Shown here: one piece after another, positions 26,473 through 32,000 of the stretch
Layout of the letters: each line of letters begins with the position of its first letter
Numbering within the stretch: position 1 is the first letter of the stretch
Assembly: GCF_051307035.1 (NCBI RefSeq)
Contig: NZ_CP195536.1
Coordinates: 1,560,001 to 1,592,000 of the forward strand
DNA from: Psychrobacter sp. DM4
GTDB lineage: Bacteria; Pseudomonadota; Gammaproteobacteria; Pseudomonadales; Moraxellaceae
Length of the DNA stretch: 32,000 nt
Direction: 5' to 3'
Position numbers and translations under genes: made by a program
Notes under the pieces: model-generated
Database searches by the model: none
Seen by the model: only the letters and a program-made list of their open reading frames with translations
Told to the model about the DNA's origin: nothing

Positions 26473-27498
26473 TTAATAACGACACGCTGAACTACTGCTC
26501 GTATTATTGAACCCCCATTTGCGATAACTGGCAGTGTCCAAATGAATCGCCCCTGTTGAGTAGAGTCCTAAGCCGAACTGATAAGACTGACCTTGATAGT
26601 GCCAAAACTCGCACAGATTATCTTGTAGCTTACTAATAAGCCACGGGTTGTTATCGTACTCTGGCACCCAGATATCTATAGCGCCTGCTGTCATGTGTTG
26701 ACTGGCATCAGCCCCGCCAGCACAGTCGTTGAGACCTGGACTACGATAAGCGGAGCGAATTTCGGTACTCGCTGGTAGTATTCCCTGCCTTTTGAGCTCA
26801 GCGTACAATCGCAAGGTTGGAATGACGTTTGACCATAGCTCCTGAGGCGGCAATTGATAAGGCTCGTAGCCACATCTGTTCCAGCTGCGCGCCGTCTTTA
26901 ATAATTCAGAGAGCGGCGGTACGTTTCGCCCGCCAACTTGTGCACTTAGGTAGCGTTGGTAATTAGCCACTTGTCCTGTGCGGTAGCTGTTACTCTTCAA
27001 CCAACTATCAAAATCCAATAGACTAAAGTTATTATCAACGGTGTTGTACCTATTATTATAGCCCTGATTGCTATAAGTGGTCTGGTACTGGTTTTGGTTC
27101 TGATAGTTGAGCGGTGCGCTTTTGATACGGATACGTTTATCTTCGTCTATTGATAACTTGGCATCAAATTGATAATTGCGCTCTTTTTCTGCGATAAGGC
27201 CCTGCATAGTGTCCCCTAAGCGATTGCTAGGCGTTGCATAGACTATGGCACTAGAGTTATTCTGCTCGATATAAGCATTGCTACTGCCATAACGCACCTG
27301 AATACGGCGCTCGCTATTATCGTACGAGAGAGCCGCCTGTGCGCTAATTGATACTAAGCAAGTAAGCGAGAGGATGAGTGGTTTGATGCCGACAAATCTT
27401 AGACTATTTGATAGACACAGACGCTGCTCCTTGCTATTGCCAATAAACTTATGAGCTAATTTTGCATACCAGATAGAATTATTTTTCATATTTTTCAT
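26473..27498 (-). CDS. Secreted peptidase M15-type (YcbK/DUF882-like) cell-wall metallopeptidase with an N-terminal unknown domain and a Q/N/Y-rich linker
   Basis: Signal peptide LILSLTCLVSISAQA-AL. The C-terminal SAYRSPGLNDCAGGADASQHMTAGAIDIWVP...GLGLYSTGAIHLD fits the M15 S-x-Y-R...N...G-G...S-x-H-x6-D ... H-x-D zinc-ligand layout. Confidence 0.75.
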   Translation of the reverse strand: MKNMKNNSIWYAKLAHKFIGNSKEQRLCLSNSLRFVGIKPLILSLTCLVSISAQAALSYDNSERRIQVRYGSSNAYIEQNNSSAIVYATPSNRLGDTMQGLIAEKERNYQFDAKLSIDEDKRIRIKSAPLNYQNQNQYQTTYSNQGYNNRYNTVDNNFSLLDFDSWLKSNSYRTGQVANYQRYLSAQVGGRNVPPLSELLKTARSWNRCGYEPYQLPPQELWSNVIPTLRLYAELKRQGILPASTEIRSAYRSPGLNDCAGGADASQHMTAGAIDIWVPEYDNNPWLISKLQDNLCEFWHYQGQSYQFGLGLYSTGAIHLDTASYRKWGFNNTSSSSACRY

Positions 27499-27817
27499 CG
27501 CAGAAGACTACCAAAGACGGTTTTTGATACTGTCGAACACCAAGATTGATTATGCTTGCGGTACAAATTTAAGCCATATCAATCTCATGGATACTTTCGG
27601 TTCCATAGATACTATCAAATTTTTGATATTCAGGCTAAACTATCGCCACTATTTGCTTGCAACTGATTGACTATTAACATTTATCCTCAACATTTTTAGA
27701 ATCAAGTGACTTTGCAGAAGACACTTTTTGTAAGTTGCGCCTACATCTAAGCACATCCAAATAGCTTTGTTTACTTGTTCTTATTCTACTATTTATAACT
27801 TTTAGCTCAAATTGCCT

Positions 27818-28960
27818 ATGTCTATAAGTCCGCAGTACCGATTTTCGCGTCAAAGCCATCATCTGGGGCAACGATCTGAGGCAACGCTTTGGCAGCGCAT
27901 TCATATTGATCCTTGGCTGACCTTGCTACTACTCACAGTTTGCTGCATTGGCTTGACTATCCTATATAGCGCCTCGACTCAAAATACGAGTATGGTATTG
28001 CGTCAAGTGGTCAGTTACGGGGTTGCTTTTGTAGTGATGTTTACGATGGCGCAGATACCGCCGAGCGTCTATCGTACTTTGACGCCTGTTTTTTATATGC
28101 TGGGTCTCATATTGCTAGTACTGGTCGACATCATAGGTGAAGTGCGTATGGGCGCGCAGCGCTGGATTCGTCTGCCAGGGTTTGGTAGCGTACAGCCTTC
28201 TGAATTTATGAAACTGGGTATGCCAATGATGTGTGCTTGGTTTTTAGCCAAGCGCGAGCTACCACCGTCTCTCTCAAGCGTCGCTATCACTTTGGGATTA
28301 ATTGTCGTACCCGTTATACTCATAGCCAAAGAGCCTGATCTAGGTACTTCGATATTGGTGGCTGCTAGCGGTATATTTGTGTTGTTTTTGGCAGGGTTGT
28401 CATGGCGTATTATCTCGGTAGCAGTAGCGCTCGCTATTCCCTTTGTGGCTTTTGCTTGGAATTTTTTGCTGCATGATTATCAGCGCACCCGAGTACTCAC
28501 GCTATTTAATCCTGAGGCTGATGTGCAAGGCGCTGGCTGGAATATTATTCAGTCCAAGACAGCGATAGGTTCAGGCGGACTCACGGGTAAGGGCTATCTA
28601 GATGGTACGCAGTCGCATTTGCATTTTTTACCTGAGGGGCATACGGATTTTATTATTGCCGCTTTCTCTGAGGAGTTTGGATTACTAGGTGTGATATTGC
28701 TAATGTTCATCTATGCCTGCTTGCTTACGCGTGCTTTGTATATCGCCTTTACCCATACTGATACTTATAGTCGATTGCTCGCAGGTGCTATCGCCATGTC
28801 GTTTTTTGTCTATGTCTTTGTCAATGTTGGTATGGTTGGCGGTATCTTACCCGTCGTGGGCGTACCCCTACCCTTTATTAGCTATGGTGGTACCGCAATT
28901 GTGACTTTGATGGGCGGATTTGGACTACTGATGTCGATCCACACTCATAGAGCAAGCTGA
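27818..28960 (+). CDS. rodA: Peptidoglycan glycosyltransferase RodA (SEDS family, elongasome)
   Basis: Near-colinear with E. coli RodA as I recall it: HIDPWL, MAQIPP, GAQRWI, FQPSE-like VQPSEFMK, EPDLGTSILVA, LSWR, HDYQRTRV, IIQSKTAIGSGGL, FLPEGHTDFI, LPVVGVPLPFISYGG and SIHTHR. It lies outside a dcw cluster, so it is RodA rather than FtsW. The TTG at 27812 is an alternative start. Confidence 0.93.
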   Translation: MSISPQYRFSRQSHHLGQRSEATLWQRIHIDPWLTLLLLTVCCIGLTILYSASTQNTSMVLRQVVSYGVAFVVMFTMAQIPPSVYRTLTPVFYMLGLILLVLVDIIGEVRMGAQRWIRLPGFGSVQPSEFMKLGMPMMCAWFLAKRELPPSLSSVAITLGLIVVPVILIAKEPDLGTSILVAASGIFVLFLAGLSWRIISVAVALAIPFVAFAWNFLLHDYQRTRVLTLFNPEADVQGAGWNIIQSKTAIGSGGLTGKGYLDGTQSHLHFLPEGHTDFIIAAFSEEFGLLGVILLMFIYACLLTRALYIAFTHTDTYSRLLAGAIAMSFFVYVFVNVGMVGGILPVVGVPLPFISYGGTAIVTLMGGFGLLMSIHTHRAS

Positions 28961-28969
28961 TCTTAACTC

Positions 28970-29506
28970 TCATTGCATTTGATGCGATGACAACTCTCTT
29001 ATACCCAATGTCTCATGTATTTTGAAGGGATAACGATCTGACAGAATTATCCATCCATTCGATAAATTAAAAACGCATTTGATACTTAGGCTATTACTGT
29101 TTAATCTTACCAGTAAGATATCAATATCCATCGTAACTCTTTTGACAGTCTGTTGCGCTTCAGTTGAGCGATTGCGACCGCACTGACCTTCGATACTCTT
29201 AAGTAGCTGCTGCAAATGTCCTAACGTTATAGCTTGATGCAGGCACAGATAGACACATTGATTGACATAATCAGGCTTTGACTGCATTGCCGTCGCGGTA
29301 AAATCAGGATTTTGAAATGGGGTTGATACTGTAATGTCACCAAATACTGCTAGTTGCTCTATTACCTGCGGCAAATGACTATCTGCTTGATGATTACTAC
29401 CTAGCGCAATTAATACCGCGGTGACCTCCTTGTCTTGTAGCGAGTTGGAAGTAGCACTTGGCACGCATTCAAAATGTAAAGTATCCAAACCTTCAATGGT
29501 CATCAT
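28970..29506 (-). CDS. folK: Divergent 2-amino-4-hydroxy-6-hydroxymethyldihydropteridine diphosphokinase (HPPK)-like protein
   Basis: VLIALGSNHQ, KPDYVNQCV and GRNRS...KRVTMDIDILL align with E. coli HPPK IAIGSNLA, QPDYLNAAV and GRVRK...PRTLDLDIML. The C-terminal region is poorly conserved. The start is taken at Met18 of the track ORF, which overlaps the folB stop. Confidence 0.65.
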   Translation of the reverse strand: MMTIEGLDTLHFECVPSATSNSLQDKEVTAVLIALGSNHQADSHLPQVIEQLAVFGDITVSTPFQNPDFTATAMQSKPDYVNQCVYLCLHQAITLGHLQQLLKSIEGQCGRNRSTEAQQTVKRVTMDIDILLVRLNSNSLSIKCVFNLSNGWIILSDRYPFKIHETLGIRELSSHQMQ

Positions 29507-29888
29507 TTGGCTTATCGATAGTTTTGGCGATGCGGGTAATCTGCACACCAACCGCATCCGCCTCTTTGATCGCAGTTGGCTTGGCTACGCTAAGTGTCAC
29601 TTTGTCACAGGAGTAATTGCTCAATAGTTGATCCGCTAAGTGCTCTGCTAAATGCTCAAGCAGCTCCGCTTTAAGCACTTTGCACCATGCACTAACATCA
29701 TCACAGACCGCTTTATAATTGAGCGCATCTTTTACATCGTCTGATACCGCCGCTTTACCAATGTCAGTCTCCAGCACTATATCAATAAGTAATGGCTGAG
29801 TAATAGCGCGCTCCCAACCATACACGCCTATCACCGCCTCGACTTTTAAACCTTTAACAAATACGGCGTCTGCTTGGGTATCATACAT
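29493..29888 (-). CDS. folB: Dihydroneopterin aldolase
   Basis: 131-aa ORF with FVKGLKVEAVIGVYGWER and ALNYKAV motifs typical of FolB, followed by the HPPK-like gene. Confidence 0.9.
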   Translation of the reverse strand: MYDTQADAVFVKGLKVEAVIGVYGWERAITQPLLIDIVLETDIGKAAVSDDVKDALNYKAVCDDVSAWCKVLKAELLEHLAEHLADQLLSNYSCDKVTLSVAKPTAIKEADAVGVQITRIAKTIDKPNDDH

Positions 29889-29954
29889 GGGTGTATCCTT
29901 AGCTGTTGTGCTATCTATTTTAAAGCGTCTTATTATTTTGTGACCCGATTAAGG

Positions 29955-30902
29955 TTAGCGTTGCACTGATTTTAACATTTTGCTGGGACGATGACGCCAC
30001 AAATCTATACTGAACAAAAGTAGGCCGAACCAGATCAAACCAAATACTACCAGACGATTAGAATCAAAAGGCTCGTTGTAATAAAATACTGCCAATAAGA
30101 AAATGAAAGTCGGTGTTAGATAATTCATAAAGCTCAAAATACTATATGCGACCAGTTTAGTCGACCTATTAAATAGTAATAGCGGTATCAAAGTCACTGG
30201 ACCTGCCAGCATGAGCAGCCAAATATTGGGCGTCAACCAAAAACTTATTTGACTGCTGACCACATCAGCCTGCCAAAACCACCATAGACAAATCGGTACC
30301 AACATAGCGGTTTCGATAAACATAGCATCAACCGCTGTAAAAGGCGTCTGGCGCTGAATAGTACCGTAAGTACTAAAACTAAATGCCAAAATCAATGACA
30401 ACCAAGGCAAGCTGCCAAGCATAATAACTTGAATGAGCACGGATAATAAAGCAAAGCCGATGGCTACCCATTGCAATGCTCGTAGCCGCTCTTTAAACAA
30501 AATCATCGATAGAGCTACGCCGACTAGCGGTCCAATGAAATACCCCAAACTGGCCTCAAGAATGCGATCATTATTGACGGCCCACACATAGGTTAGCCAG
30601 TTGGTCGCGATGATTAGACCAGATAAAAAAGTATAGACTATCCATTTTGGGTTTTTCTTGAGGGTATCGATCCACTGCCAGCGTTTGGTGACAACGAGCA
30701 AAACAAGCAAACACAGGAAAGTCCAGATAATGCGATGACCTATAATTTCGGTCGCGTTGTAAGCGGCGAGTTGCTTAAAATATAACGGAAACGCGCCCCA
30801 AATACAGAATGCAATTAGAGCAGTGATGATACCGCGTCTAGTCGTTGGAATAGGGGCAACTGGTTTTTTGAGAACATTTTGAGTAGTCATAGTACAGTAC
30901 AA
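29955..30902 (-). CDS. rarD: EamA/DMT-family transporter RarD
   Basis: 315-aa, roughly 10-TM ORF. The N-terminal RRGIITALIAFCIWGAFPLYFKQL resembles the RarD signature (G..LA..AY.IWG..P.YFK). An alternative start exists at Met5. Confidence 0.8.
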   Translation of the reverse strand: MYCTMTTQNVLKKPVAPIPTTRRGIITALIAFCIWGAFPLYFKQLAAYNATEIIGHRIIWTFLCLLVLLVVTKRWQWIDTLKKNPKWIVYTFLSGLIIATNWLTYVWAVNNDRILEASLGYFIGPLVGVALSMILFKERLRALQWVAIGFALLSVLIQVIMLGSLPWLSLILAFSFSTYGTIQRQTPFTAVDAMFIETAMLVPICLWWFWQADVVSSQISFWLTPNIWLLMLAGPVTLIPLLLFNRSTKLVAYSILSFMNYLTPTFIFLLAVFYYNEPFDSNRLVVFGLIWFGLLLFSIDLWRHRPSKMLKSVQR

Positions 30903-30979
30903 CTTATTTTTGCTAAAAACGCATCTATGCTGTTATTGTTTTTGGAGTATTAGAGCGTCATGTTTGAGAAGCGTGAGAG

Positions 30980-31029
30980 ATAACAAGAAAAGCAATGGGT
31001 TGACGTCATGTTGACATCAACCCATTGCT
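30980..31029 (-). terminator. Intrinsic terminator downstream of aroA
   Basis: An 18-bp stem with one mismatch: agcaatgggttgacgtca (30991-31008) pairs with tgacatcaacccattgct (31012-31029) around loop tgt. On the minus strand it is followed by UUUCUUGUU (complement of 30982-30990). Confidence 0.75.
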
Positions 31030-31110
31030 TAAGAACATAGCTAAAATCTATAATTTAAAATCTGTGTAGCTGTCTGTAGTTTCAATATTTCGTATCATTA
31101 AACTGACATT

Positions 31111-32000
31111 TTAGGCGCTATCAGCACCGCTTTGAACCTTGATAGCCATACCAATTTGGGTCGCAAGCTCAGCGAATCCTGGAAAACTGGTATTGACTGT
31201 TTCAACGCCTTCTATCGTAATCTGCTCTGAGGCGCGCAAACTGGCGACCGCAAAGCTCATGGCGATACGGTGATCATGATGAGAGACGATATGCCCGCCG
31301 CCAAAGACGGTATGAGCGTTATCACGATCATTAGTGCTTTGCCCTTCGATAATCATACCATCGTCTGTCACTGTACACTTAACGCCTAGAGTTTGTAATC
31401 CCTCAGCCATGACCGCAATACGATCAGACTCTTTGACCCGTAGCTCTTTTGCGCCGGTCAGTACCGTGCGACCGCGCGCGCAGCTCGCTGCCACAAATAG
31501 TACAGGGAACTCATCAATAGCAAGCGGCACCAAATGCTCAGGGATATTAATACCAATCAGGTTTGAGCTACGAATGGTAATATCAGCGACGGGCTCACCG
31601 CCGACATGAGTCTCATTACTTAGGGTAATATCCGCTTGCATGAGCTTTAGGATGTCTATGATACCTGTACGCGTCGGATTGATACCCACTTGCGTTAGGG
31701 TAAGCTCGCTGTTCTTGCTGATAGCTGCCGCTACCATAAAAAACGCCGCTGAGGAGATGTCAGCAGGTACAGCGATATTACCGCCTGTTAGCTGTCCACC
31801 CCCCTTAACGCTGATACAGTTGCCATCGACATCAACAGGATAACCGAAGGCTGAGAGCATACGCTCGGTATGGTCACGGCTAATCTCGGGCTGGGTCACC
31901 GTCGTCGTTCCCTGTGCCCATAGCCCTGCCAATAACAAGCAAGATTTGACTTGTGCTGAGGCCACTGGCATATCGTAGTGAATACCTTGTAATGGGGTAC
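31111..32000 (-). CDS. aroA: 3-phosphoshikimate 1-carboxyvinyltransferase (EPSP synthase), C-terminal ~296 codons; the 5' end lies beyond the window
   Basis: LLAGLWAQGTT, RDHTERML, GINPTRTGI, LAIDEFPVLFVAA, ELRVKESDRI and DHRIAMSF are EPSP synthase motifs. The reading frame stays open to the window edge. Confidence 0.93.
   Translation of the reverse strand, partial: TPLQGIHYDMPVASAQVKSCLLLAGLWAQGTTTVTQPEISRDHTERMLSAFGYPVDVDGNCISVKGGGQLTGGNIAVPADISSAAFFMVAAAISKNSELTLTQVGINPTRTGIIDILKLMQADITLSNETHVGGEPVADITIRSSNLIGINIPEHLVPLAIDEFPVLFVAASCARGRTVLTGAKELRVKESDRIAVMAEGLQTLGVKCTVTDDGMIIEGQSTNDRDNAHTVFGGGHIVSHHDHRIAMSFAVASLRASEQITIEGVETVNTSFPGFAELATQIGMAIKVQSGADSA

Noticed and set aside
29425-29431. 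Perfect Shine-Dalgarno AAGGAGG (minus strand) inside the HPPK-like ORF just before the conserved IALGSN strand, suggesting a shorter protein
   Set aside because: No ATG, GTG or TTG lies in frame within 5-12 nt downstream; the following codons are GTC ACC GCG GTA TTA ATT. The sequence is more simply explained as the Lys-Glu-Val codons.
1-32000. Whole-window search for CRISPR arrays, tRNA or rRNA genes, integrases or transposases, phage genes, toxin-antitoxin pairs, restriction-modification or other defence genes, and compositional islands
   Set aside because: I found no regularly spaced direct repeats and no tRNA-like T-arm or acceptor patterns. No ORF carries recombinase, nuclease-NTPase or reverse-transcriptase motifs. 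Nearly every ORF over 100 aa is a recognisable housekeeping gene, and composition looks uniform by eye. I conclude this is a core region rather than an accessory island.

Overview
The window reads as an ordinary, moderately AT-rich gammaproteobacterial core-chromosome segment. My guess is Moraxellaceae, Psychrobacter-like, but I cannot verify that without a database search. It is densely packed with recognisable housekeeping genes: rsmA (partial), pdxA, dnaB, alr, argF, rpiA, ilvA, hslR, a low-molecular-weight phosphotyrosine phosphatase, murB, an overlapping DUF218/ElyC-like gene, ccoS with a DsbD_2/TauE-like membrane protein, rhlB-like DEAD-box helicase, a cold-shock protein, aroQ, an ABC1/UbiB-family kinase, a Kv-type channel, yebC, ogt, ftsY, an exported M16 peptidase pair, an orphan lipoprotein, a secreted M15 peptidase, rodA, folB plus an HPPK-like gene, rarD and aroA (partial). 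I found no rRNA or tRNA genes, CRISPR array, integrase, transposase, phage genes or recognisable defence genes. I do not see a convincing novel multi-gene system and say so plainly. Four items deserve a second look. (1) Two diverged tandem mini-lipoprotein genes, one absent from the ORF track, each predicting a 21-residue mature lipopeptide, head the M16 peptidase operon. (2) A 268-bp non-coding element bounded by a perfect 20-bp inverted repeat (MITE-like) sits in the unusually long kch/yebC divergent gap. (3) The 6-TM Kv-type channel ends in a 4-Cys zinc ribbon. (4) The CcoS-associated membrane protein carries a Met/His-rich tail and is detached from ccoGHI. All functional calls rest on motifs I recognised by eye in the supplied or self-made translations. 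No similarity search was run.
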